DNA of 43,762 nucleotides from Paraglomus brasilianum (Eukaryota), in the NCBI GenBank assembly GCA_910592345.1, contig CAJVPI010000194.1, positions 1 to 43,762 of the forward strand. Direction: 5' to 3'. A model generated the notes under the pieces. The model ran no database searches and was not told the DNA's origin. It saw only the letters and a program-made list of their open reading frames with translations. The position numbers were made by a program, and so were the translations under genes. Positions within the stretch are counted from its first letter, which is position 1. Every line of letters starts with the position of its first letter. Below are positions 23,301 through 34,723 of the stretch, one piece after another.

Positions 23301-25578
23301 GCACTCAAACTTCTTGATCCTAACCGTCGACTGCTCTTTAAGGGTGAATTACAGAAAAGATCTGATACTGGCATCGAATGGCTAGATTTGTATGTGTTTT
23401 TGTTCGATCATTATCTGGTCATGACTAAGCCAAAGAAGGGTAATGATGGAGAAGTCAAGTACATAATTTCAAAGAAGGTAAGAACAAGTGTCTAGTTTCT
23501 TGACTATGGTATATTGTTTTTACGGACTTATTTTCGTGGTTGAATAGTCGCAAGACTCTATTATTGGTGCGCTTGGCTGCATTTACAATTTTTATTGGTA
23601 CCTTGTGTTGTTATTTCGTATGTTAATTCGTTTATAGGCTATTCCTTTGGATATGTTGGTGGTTGATTTGTCTATTGAGCAGCCACAACCTAGATCAATC
23701 CATTTCCCTACCTTGAACGTTCTCGGTGATGGAAGACGAGCGAGGACCGGCAGCCTCGGATTTCAAGGATCTGGCCCACCAATGGTCACAAATCTGGACG
23801 GACAAGATAATCAAATGAATCGGCAAGCAGTATACCCATTTACGGTCATTCACATAGGTAAACATGGCGGGACTTATCAGCTTTTTGCGGATTCAGCTAA
23901 CACGAGAAGAGTGTGGAAGGAAAAGATTCTTGAGGCTCAGAACAAATTACAGCTTAGTAGATCTCATCAGCAAGTGTTTGAACTTTTTACTCTCAATGAT
24001 GCCACTTTCGGATCACACCCAGCTGCCACTAATGGCCCTAATTCTGGGCCATCTTCGTGGAAAGGCAAGGTTATTTGCTCGGTACCATTCGGTGAGTGTA
24101 ATGTTTGCTATTGCGGGACATTTAAGTAAAGTGGCTATAAGATCAACGATTTTACGTTATATTATTGACTGACACGACTTTCTTACGGAAATTCTTATTA
24201 GTTACCTCTGAAAAGAGGCACATGGTTGCTATTGGCACTGATGAAGGAGTATGGATGGGCCTTGGTGGCGAAACCAACTCATTTCGCAATGTGCTAAGAA
24301 TCAACAATGTAACACAGATGGCAGTATTGGAGGAATATGGCCTGTTTATTGTGTTGGCAGGTAATTAGTCGAACAAAGCGTTTGTTTTGCATTATTCTCA
24401 TTCGTATTACACGTAACACTATTGTCTTTGATATACACAGATAGAATGCTTTGGGCTTATTCATTAGAAGCAATGATACCGTCATCTGGAAACAGTTCGA
24501 CAACCAGTAATCAAGTTTCTCGACATCCACAAAAAGTTACTCAGAGTACGAACGTACAATATTTCGGAGTTGGAACAATCACGGATAAAACACTGCTGGT
24601 TTATATGAAAAGGAGAGGATTAGAAAGTCATTTCAAAGTATTAGAACCAGTGATATCTCCGCAGAATTCAACAGAAAAAAGTCGGGGATTGGGAGCAATC
24701 AGTTCACGACGATTTGGCATCGGAAGAAATGAATGGTTTAAAGAGTATAAGCAATTATATATTCCATCTGAATCATATTCAGTGAGCTTTCTAAGATCTA
24801 AGCTCTGTGTAGTATGCACGCGAGGATTTGAAATAGTCAATCTGGATACACTATTACCCACTACGATACCTGACTTTAGTGAACCAGAATTTGCCTCTAT
24901 TGCACGACAGTGCGAAGGTTCTAAACCACTTGGAATGTTCCGACTTGGGGATAATGAATTTCTGCTGTGCTATGACCGTGAGTTTTCTAACATCATAATA
25001 TTGCAATATATTTGAATGATTGTGTCATATATTAAGTGTATGCATTTAACGCTTCTTTATTTTCAGAGATCTTCTTCTATGTTGACAGACATGGCGAACT
25101 ATCTCGTCCCACTTCTTACCAATGGGAAGGCACCCCTGAGGCTGTCGGTAAATATGATTTAAATTGATTATTATCAATTACGTAACGCTTTAATATCTAC
25201 ATAAACTGTCATTAATATTAATCACTGTATGACGTTACCTTCGTCTAGCACTTCATATGCCTTATGTCATTGCGTTTGATCCCTCGTTCATCGAGATAAG
25301 ACACGTTCAGAGCGTGAGTCAGTTGATTATTGTAGTGGTAACTTATGTTTTGTCATGCATTAATAACGTACTATTAACTCGAAACCTAGGGTGAGCTCGT
25401 TCAAGTAATACCAGGAAAGAATATGCGATGTCTAAACGACAACACAACAGGAAGACACGCAGTGCATGCCGTAATGCAACATCCATTCACAGACACGCAA
25501 TATATATTCCAACTTGTTTTGGCAGAGAATAGGAGAAGCAATAGCATTATTCGAGGAGTTTCTTCAAATTTAGCCTAA
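20349..25578 (+). CDS. Rho1 guanine nucleotide exchange factor (Rom2/Rgf/Tus1 family: low-complexity N-terminus, DEP, DH, PH, CNH), 14 exons
   Basis: DEP-like YPDSFNGNDAV...MARSLEAQLYFHSV; CYSPQC...CYSRTCP; DH KRQEIIFETIYTEEDYVKDL and RPTTRLQRYTLLLEQILKHT; PH VFLFDHYLVMTK; CNH VAIGTDEGVW, VLEEYGLFIVLA and FLRSKLCVVCTRGFEIV. Last exon ends SSNLA* at 25578. Confidence 0.93.
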
Positions 25579-26023
25579 TGATTAGGGTTGGTTTTCGACA
25601 TGGGTTTCGTCGTTATTTTTTTTCATAGCTTTGATTTTTGGCTTGGGAATAGTTTTATGTATGATAGACATTATTCATATTGCGTATCAGTGTTCGAATT
25701 CTTATTCCATTTCATTACGTTCAATTCCTCTACACACATCAATCTTACATTATTCATACATCTGTAATAATACTACGATTATATACATCTGCTATGATTA
25801 TAAATTGCTCATACTTACGCTATCAATGTAAGACGGGCATTACTAAATTGTTTGGCAACAAAAGACGTCGGACGCAAATACATATATAGACGGATTGAAG
25901 AGGCATCTTCTACAACATATTGCCCTTTTTGTCGACATGACAAGAAAGAATTTATGTCAGTTTATTAGTCTATAAGACCCATTGAAATTGCTCGCTTTCG
26001 AAAACCCAATCTAACCCAATTCT

Positions 26024-27862
26024 CTAGATAGCCGCGCGACCAATAGTGTGAACGCGGAACCCAATGTTTTGGAGTTTGGAAGCATCCAGGATAAGACGCC
26101 CATCAAAGATGAAAGCAGGCTTATTCATTCTATCATAGATTTTTTCGTAGTCCAGTGTCTGCATTGAAGCGACAGTTAGCAATAGTGACTAGCAAAAAGT
26201 TTTTCACTTATCAAGACATGTACCTTAAACTCATCCCACTCGGTAGCTATTACAATAGCATCCGTATTATCAGCTGCTTCATAAGCAGAACTCGTGATAG
26301 TGATATGTTTTTTAACTAGAACCGAGGAGGTTAGCGTCTTGCTAGTACACATTACCTATACCTATTGAACCTTAACTTACCTTCTTCGGTATTATCAACA
26401 ATACCGGGCTCAGACAAATCCATATAGATTTGTTCAGACGAAACTTTGGGATCGTAAATACGCACTTTTGCATTTTCTTGAATGAAATTCTTACAGAGTG
26501 TAATGGCGGCAGATTCTCGCGTGTCACCAGTGTCCTTCTTAAAAGCAAACCCAAGAAGCGCAATCCTCTTATTCGTAATAGTGTTGAAAAGTGTTTTAAT
26601 TATACGAGAGACAAATCGCTTCTTTTGGTATTCATTTAAATCAACAACTTGTTTCCAATATGCGGCCACTTCGGGCAGATTCAGTTGTTCTGATAAATAG
26701 ACCAAGTTTAAAATGTCTTTCTGGAAGCAGCTGCCTCCAAATCCAACTGAAGCTTTCAAAAACTTGGGCCCAATGCGAGCATCTCGACCACAAGCATAGG
26801 CAACTTCGTCTATATCAGCACCGGTCGCTTCACAGATAGCAGAAAGGGCATTAACCGATGAGATACGTTGCGCTAATAAGGCATTTGCCGCCTTTAATAG
26901 AAGTTAGCATATTTAAATACAATACGAACGTTAAAGAGGTTATGAGGAAGAAACTGCTATTGAAGACTGACCAATTTTGAAAGCTCTGATGACCATAAGT
27001 TTGTAGTTATTATGCGTTCAGTTGGCACCCAATGAGCATAAACTTCGACTAAAGCTTTTTGGGCATTTAACCCTTCTGGGGTTTGCAAGGCACCAATCAA
27101 CACGCGATCGGGATATAGCAAATCATTGATTGCAGTACCCTCTGCAAGAAATTCAGGATTGGAAAGTATATCAAATCGAATATCATCGCTTGAATTGGCT
27201 TCTAGTATAGTACGCATGCTTTCGGCAGTACGACATGGCACTGTGGACTTCTCGACTACGATCTTGGAGCTTTTCGCCACATCAGCAATGCCTCTGGTAG
27301 CAGATTCAACGTATCTGTGATAAAAACCCGCCAAATAATAAATAAGCACGAATACATTAACATTTACCTACGAGCCGCTTTATAAAAAGTCGGTCAAGCA
27401 ATGTGCTAGATCTGATTGAGATCATCACTGAAAATCAAGGATTTACTTACGCTAGATCAGCTGCATAACCAGCACCGACACCAGTTTTCTTTGTCGGTGT
27501 ATTAACTGACACGAAGATGAGGTCAGCTTCGTTAACAGCCTTCTCAACTTCTGTGCTAAAAAAAAGATTTTTGTTTCTTCGAGCGAAAACAATTTCGTCG
27601 AGACCGGGTTCATAGATGGGTAAACGTCCGGAGTTCCAAGCAGCAATACGGATAGCATTTACATCCACGATTGTTACTTTAATGTCAGGACACTTGTATG
27701 CGATGACAGCACAAGTTGGTCCGCCTAATTTAAGAAACGCAATTGTAAAAGTTCAAACATGTATTCTAAAAACTATTGGCTGCCAAAATTGGATAGACTC
27801 TTTACAGATTACTCACCAACATATCCAGCTCCGATGCAACAGATGTTCTTTACGTGAGTCAT
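26024..27862 (-). CDS. UGD1: UDP-glucose 6-dehydrogenase, 6 exons
   Basis: [64 protein letters not shown], catalytic [25 protein letters not shown] and FIFDGR. Confidence 0.97.
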
Positions 27863-28339
27863 GATATTTACGTTGTTCGCGTAATGAACGTTTGTTTGTG
27901 AAGTGACAGCAGAGTTTTATGCAAGTATATCGTGGTTACACATAGTCGTCGCTTGATGGGGACGTTGACGTTTACTGAAACCCAGTATTTACTGTGGCGA
28001 ATTTACTTCACTGGTTACATTAAAGTTTATGCCCCAAATTTATCATGGGGCTGAATTTACTTCGATAAACCCGTTATGTAATGAAATACGTTATCATAAT
28101 ACATTTGTTTGTCTCACATTCAGCTGACCCACAAGTTCGGCATATGTGGCTGGCGCTTGGTGGGACGCTTGTCACTAAAACCATTTGGCAAGTCTGCAAT
28201 CGGCAACTAGATATATTGGTATCGTTTTAGCGTTGTATCAGTCTTATTGGTGACAATGACATCCAGTTATTCCATTATTGTCTTTATTAGTACAACAATA
28301 CCAACTTGAGATACGAACGCCGTTCATTTGAGTAATATA

Positions 28340-28734
28340 CAGTCAAACCTCGATATAGTCAAGTCGACGGGCATAAATCTTCACTGCAAATCTTATATCA
28401 GTATCATAATAAATGACTCAAACGTTATTTCTACTGACGAGTCTAATACTGCTGAACAATTTACATGAAATGTACTGGTACTAAGTTGTTTAACGTAGCA
28501 AGTGTCATACCGTTCAATTATGTAGTAACCTCTTGATTCGGTTATAATTTATTAAAGCCGAAGAAACAAGAAAGACATCACACATACTTTTAATCAACAC
28601 CTGTTTGTATTATGATTGGTCAAAAACCATCAACTTCATTATATCGAGGGAAATTTTAATAATATTGGTTTTGTATCAGAGGAATTCTTTACTATAGCGC
28701 GAAATTCACTGTAACTATATCGAGGTTTGTATTG
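28340..28734. mobile_element. Tigger/pogo-type MITE, about 395 bp
   Basis: Begins TA|CAGTCAAACCTCGATATAGT. Perfect 16-bp inverted repeat CAAACCTCGATATAGT (28344-28359) / ACTATATCGAGGTTTG (28714-28729), plus an internal subterminal copy TATATCGAGG near 28640. No coding capacity. Confidence 0.8.
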
Positions 28735-29459
28735 TCTCTATATTATATTGAGAATACGGTAAGTTTATTTTCTACATGTTTGTAATGTATGTTATAACCC
28801 AGACCAACAGCCCTTCAATTGAAACAAGAATGTGTGGTTGCACTCAGCTTTTGCACTAGCCATGAATTTAGAACCTGTATAATGGTCGCTTTAGTAAGAT
28901 TGGATATAAAACACGAGCCCATAGGTGGCGGCTTGATAGAAGCACCTGTGATCAGGTCTATGCGCATGTCATGAAGTTTATAGCAAACGCTTTTATTAAT
29001 AGCAAAATCGCTAGCCTTCATTTGTAGGCGTAATTAATAAAGAATCCCCACTCTTTGCTCTATGCATATGCATTGACATACAGCATTTGCATAAATGTGA
29101 TGACAATATAATCATAACAAAAACATTGTATCGTAGTCTTTCCCCTCGAACGATGGAGATGACAATGTAAATTATCCAGGCCCTCCACATAAATTTGTCT
29201 TTTATTATCATTATCATTACCATTATTTCTGGAAAACAATAAATCGAATCCTGTTCGAGATACATACAAATGATGACGAGTGTTGATTGTAGACCGCAGT
29301 GCGTGGCATACAATATTATGAATTTCATCTATATCTTATCACTTTCTCAATCAATCGTAGAAAAGAATAGACGTGCGACTATTTTCCCACTCTCGTGATA
29401 AATAAAGTCCAGTATATAATTAGATACATTAGTTTTATGAGTTCCTTGGCATGCCCAAT

Positions 29460-31482
29460 TCATGTTTGTAATCTTGGAATTTGTGATTGCTGCATTCTGA
29501 ATGCTATTCTATCCTCATTAATTTGTGCGTTGGTTCGTGCTTCTTCAATAAGTCTATCACGAATCGGTGGATTGTATGGGTATACAAGACCATCACCTGG
29601 TGGAGATCCGAACGGTACTAGAGATAGAACAGAGATTAAAATATAATCTAAAATAATATATGTTGATTCAATTTCATTATTATATATACACTTACAAAAC
29701 CACAACCACCATTTCGTGCCCATAACACTTTTCCAGTTGTCACTCCAGCCAAGGTCCCAGATATTCTCTCCTTGGCGTGTGGTTGCTACCCCATAGCCAA
29801 GCGGATTGTTGGCGTCAAACTGTACACGAATGTGATATTGTCGCTTGCGATGTGATATACTTTCTATGGTGGTTCGGTTTTTCAGCATGGTAGTTAAATG
29901 TACTAGCGTGAAGCCTGTTAATAGTATTCCAAAGAGGAAAGCCCTAAATAATAATAATAATAATAGTAATAAAAACATGGTTATTATCAACACTGGAACA
30001 CTTATTATTCAATCTATGCGGCAAAAAATTACTAACAGAATAAGAAGTATTATCCACTGGATATCCAAGTCCTCCTAACATATATACATAATATAATTAT
30101 ACAAATAATATTAGTATACAGTACAATGCCAGAGAAACCAGGATAAGAAACTCCGGGTTCATACTGATGTCTTTTTACCTTATTTGATAGTTGTTGTGCT
30201 ACGATAGCAATTGTCGCTGCAAAGATGAAATCAGAATATAATGCAGTGTAGAGTACGAATAAGAAGAAAAACTTGTAGTTATTGTAACCAACACAGCCAT
30301 TAACCCTGGAAGTATAACAGTAACATCCCATTAATAATATACAATTACTTTGCTTTTAACATGTTCACATTCGGAACGTGGCACTTACCACGGGCAGTGA
30401 CTATATGATGGCAGATAAACACATCAGTTAATAACCAGTACAATATATGATCCAATGCTTATATGTCTTAAATTTAATACGTACTGATCCATCTTCAATA
30501 CACATTTGTCACATTCTGAGCAATGATGACATCGATCAGGCTTCACGTAATTGCACCGATCACACCAACGCAACCCGCCGTCACGCTTACTTATTACTGT
30601 GCTAGGCATAGGAATCATAACACGTGTCTGCTGATTACTTACAGATGTGGATCCCATCAGTGTCTCAGATGTACCAGACGTTGCCGTTGTGGCGTCTTTT
30701 ATGTATGCATTCTCCATTGGCCTTAACTGATCAGAAGTCGAAATCGGACCAGACGGATATGTCGCAACTCTCGTGGATGCTGTTGATGGTGTACTTGGTG
30801 ATGAGACAGTCGTAGTAGATGACGTGGAACCGCTTGGCGCATACACAGGCATTGAATTTGATGGCGCCGTTGGTTTAGGAGGCTATACAATAACAATAAC
30901 AAATAATCCTTTATTGTAAGCGAACGCTTTCACATTATATCCAACGATAATGCAGATGTTTCGGAGTTATACCTGTGCAGGCGATCCTGGTTTCTGAATA
31001 ACGATTCTAATATACGATGATAAGACCATTACAAGCAGAATGTCGACAATCGCCAAGTATGTGACTATACAAATGAAAAATTGCTATAAACCGACATTGA
31101 ATTCCAAAGAGATTATTGATCTAAGTGGGAATCCCGTCTCCTTACCAGTCTGCCCTATCTTTTTTTCCGTCTTCAATAATGGCTTCACTATGTAGAATGA
31201 AAATTTTTAGTTAACATATTATAAATACAGCATTAATACAATTGTTTTCACTGCGGTTAGATATCAACCACTGAGTCTTTCATGATCATTTCAGCTATAA
31301 ATTGAGTATATGCCAATGAGATGCGTATACTCCACGCCTGCTGTATATATGCGCGAATAATAGATAAGTTGCAAGACAGACATACCGCATATTCGAAATA
31401 CAAATACGTAATACGTGTATCCTACCAATAAACACACAACTATAGGCATAAAGCGACCGACGGCAGCGGAGATACTTCCCAT
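29460..31482 (-). CDS. PFA3: DHHC palmitoyltransferase (Pfa3 / ZDHHC2-15-20-like), 9 exons including a 12-nt micro-exon
   Basis: ATG at 31482 (MGSISAAVGRF). Cys-rich domain WCDRCNYVKPDRCHHCSECDKCVLKMD-H|HCPW|VNGCVGYNNYKFF; NRTTIES motif; NIWDLGWSDNWKSVMG and GDG. The family is certain; the PFA3 orthology is likely but not proven. Confidence 0.88.
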
Positions 31483-33748
31483 GTCGTTTATGAGATGCTT
31501 GGGAGATGTTTTTAAAGTAATAGTTAATGAGGCACACACTATTTATTTGTCAATATATAGAAGGTGACAAACTATTGGACGTCAATTGGAAAAACACCAA
31601 TTTAGCTACTGTTACATATACACTTGTGACACTTGACATTTTTCTTTGAATCAACTTGTGGACGATCTTCTCACCATTAGATGATGTTCTTGACAAGATC
31701 ATTATAAGCGACAACTACTATTTAGTGCTGGGGCAAATTCTGTAGTGTTACTCACGTAATTTACTAGACCGCCCAATAACGTACTCCACGGGTAAAAGTC
31801 GATGTAAATAATACTGTGTTCGTTAAAGATTTTCTACCAACTGACAATGGTCAAGAGGTTATATGATTGTCGCCAGGGAATCGGACAGAATGTCTATACT
31901 GAAGAATTATGGATTAATGAAGAAAGCGCGAGAATCAGTGAATGATTGAGAACTTCAATCCAAAAAGGTTTCGACAAAATGTTATATTTATTCGGCACTT
32001 CTATGAACGTCTGAGTAATGGATGCTCGGTTCCAGAAAGGTTCAGGTATGGAGAGATGAGACATGATCTTGGATTTTGAATGCCAATAAGTATCTACATG
32101 TTCGTTGGAGAGAGGCAAGTACTAGAATTGTGTAATTCACCTGCTGTCAATATTAAAATCCGAAGCCTTCCACTGTCTTTGTTGAAGCGGACTACTCAGC
32201 GAACCACTGTTATTCTGATCCGAAAAGGATATCACTTCAAGTAATACAAGTATATTTATACATTAATTAATTACAATAGCTCAATTATCAGTCATGACAA
32301 TTCATTATAGCTCCCCCCAATAGACATGCCAATTGTGCTAAATAATGAAATCTCAATAAAATAAAATGTTTCATTGTAGGAACTATAAACGAAAACGGAC
32401 AATTCTCAACGGTTTGGCAAGTTATCAATAAATCTTTGAATGCTAACTTTCTAGCATTCTTTAATATGCCTGTGAATGTTTTCCCAAGTGACAAACAGAA
32501 TGAAATAACATATCATTTCTTGTTTACCTGACAGAAGAAACAGTGAAGCATCATAAAAATCTGACTATCAGCGTATTAAACAAAGTAAACGGATGTAATA
32601 TGCTTATTCTCAGCAATCAATGTATTGTGCGATACGCAGGGAAATTTCGCGTTGTCCGATGGTTATATCCAGAAAGACTTTCGATCAGCAGAAGAGCTTG
32701 GGCTGAGTGACATCATGAACGGCAAGACAAGTGTTTACCGTTCGGTCAGCACGCTTATTTTCTCCGGTCGTTTCTTGTGTGAGAAAGCTTTATTTCCTTG
32801 GAAGTGGCCTCGAATGCAAGTGAATCACGATCACTTCCGTTGTTTGTACAGAGTTAAAGCAGAACATATCTGTGCTTGTTGTAACAAGCTATTGAATTTT
32901 GTAAAGTATTTTTTTACTAGGGACGGTAACTGTATAATATACACATGGAGCTATTAATTAAATGCAAATAATAGCGTCACTTCCTCATGCCTATTCGATG
33001 CTATTAGTCGTGAGGCCATATGTGACGCGTTGAATCAACGCGTTGCATGATGCTAAACGTATAGGGAGAAATCCCGATTTTTAAGATAGAAAGGACTAGA
33101 GTAAATAGATGCAAATAATCTCTTCTAATTTGAGAATGTTTGCATGGGTAATCAAAATGAGCAGTGCATAATCTTTACAATAATATATGCAAACTACTCT
33201 ACAAAAGTTTAATGAATAACATCGATCATATTGATATTGCCGAAAGTGAAACAACACAGAACGTGGCATGGGAAATGAGGCTAAATAAAAATAAATATAA
33301 TTTAAAACGAAGAGATAATCTAATGTGTAGTATACAGGAAGGCGGGTTGAATATTAACAGATTAAGAACAGTATTAGTTGTTTGTTTGTTGGTTGGTTTT
33401 TTTTTTTTTTAAAAAAAAAAAAAGTCAGCTAACAGTGACAAACATTAAACCAGTAAGACTAAAATCTAAAAGGAATATTAAGATAAATACGAAATTTGCC
33501 ATCCCGCGGCATACCTATATAAATTTAAGATAAATTGTATATAATGTTTTTTTATAATCGATGATATTAATACAAAGTCCATTCCGCAACAAAAACCCCG
33601 GATAATAAATCAAAACTTATTCCATCACGAAACAAATGACCTCAAGCCATCTCATAATCGAAACATATCTTCAGATCTTCATCCAGTGTCTATTAGCATG
33701 TTCATCCACTTCTCATTATAGTCTCCTTTTTTACAACTTGTTAATAAA

Positions 33749-34723
33749 TTAATGTCTTCCTCCTTTCTTCTTCCGTCCTTTCTTCGCATTGCTAGTGCTT
33801 GCTGTTTTCATGAATCTCTTCTTTTGCTCATCTATTGCCATCAAATATCTCTCATATTCTTCCATCTCCTTCCGTACTAGCTTAGCAATTTTGAACCCCT
33901 CCTTGTGCTTCATTAAATAATAATACTGCACCGCTTTCTTGATGGATGTACCGCATTCAGAACCAATAGCGCCAAAATCTTTACCGTGCCGGAGATACAT
34001 GGCTAAATAATGCTTTCGCTGTGCGGACGGCCACAAAGAGAGCGTGTCGCTTCGCAATTGGGTCGGATATGAAGAATTCTTCGACCCACTGACTCCAGAT
34101 AGCTCGCCTATATCAACCTCGTTCCATGCACGAGGATAAGTTATGGCTAATGGAGGCGCTGGAGCAGCACGTTGCTCATAATAGTTCCTTATCCTCTCAT
34201 CGTCATCCTGGACAGTGGCATCTTTACCCCTTGTGCGCATTGCTGGACCAGTTGATGGTCTTCCAATTATTTCTTCTTTGGATAATCGACGATGTTTGGG
34301 TATTCGCGCTGAACGACGAGGTGTTGTGGAGACAGAAGGTGAGGGTGAGGGTGTGCGAACAGGCGTTGAGCAGGCAGGTGACGCGGGCAACTGAGTGCTG
34401 GAAAGGATAGATTTCGATATATGCTCGTTTATGAACAAGGAAGTCGTATCTTCATCACCTGAGCTGTATGAAGCAGGACTGGAATAAAAGTCTAGAGGCG
34501 ATAATGGAGCATGGTCTATTACGCGTGAGGATACTCGCGTAGGTTTTGATGTATTGTCCTGTTTTATTTCTACTTGTGCCATTTCTGCTTGTGTTAGTGA
34601 AGAGAAGTCGCGTCTACATAAAGGTAGTTGTAGGGTTGGAGAAAGTACAGGCGGTAACGCGCTGCCAGGGATTATAGTATGTACATGTAGACTGGGAAGT
34701 GGCGTTAAGTGTGATGAGGCCAT
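33749..34723 (-). CDS. Intronless SANT/Myb-like domain protein, 324 aa, with Ser/Pro-rich N-terminus and basic C-terminal tail
   Basis: WPSAQRKHYLAMYLRHGKDFGAIGSECGTSIKKAVQYYYLMKH fits the SANT pattern W...(Y/H)GK(D/N)F..I......V.YYY..K. C-terminal KKGRKKKGGRH is NLS-like. Confidence 0.72.
   Translation of the reverse strand: MASSHLTPLPSLHVHTIIPGSALPPVLSPTLQLPLCRRDFSSLTQAEMAQVEIKQDNTSKPTRVSSRVIDHAPLSPLDFYSSPASYSSGDEDTTSLFINEHISKSILSSTQLPASPACSTPVRTPSPSPSVSTTPRRSARIPKHRRLSKEEIIGRPSTGPAMRTRGKDATVQDDDERIRNYYEQRAAPAPPLAITYPRAWNEVDIGELSGVSGSKNSSYPTQLRSDTLSLWPSAQRKHYLAMYLRHGKDFGAIGSECGTSIKKAVQYYYLMKHKEGFKIAKLVRKEMEEYERYLMAIDEQKKRFMKTASTSNAKKGRKKKGGRH

Noticed and set aside
28434..28460. CTGACGA hammerhead-ribozyme-like core
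   Set aside because: No stem II followed by GAAA and no pairing for stems I and III; it lies inside the MITE.
29948..29970. (AAT)n microsatellite giving poly-Leu or poly-Asn in ORF translations
   Set aside because: It lies in an intron of the DHHC gene next to the acceptor and is not coding.
31850..32250. Coding-looking stretch with ENFNPKRF, reminiscent of the P450 PERF motif
   Set aside because: Stops in all frames, no ExxR or heme-binding Cys motif found, and no consistent splice model.
32625..32957. 110-aa ORF in the track
   Set aside because: Starts at TTG, has no recognisable domain and no supporting exon structure.
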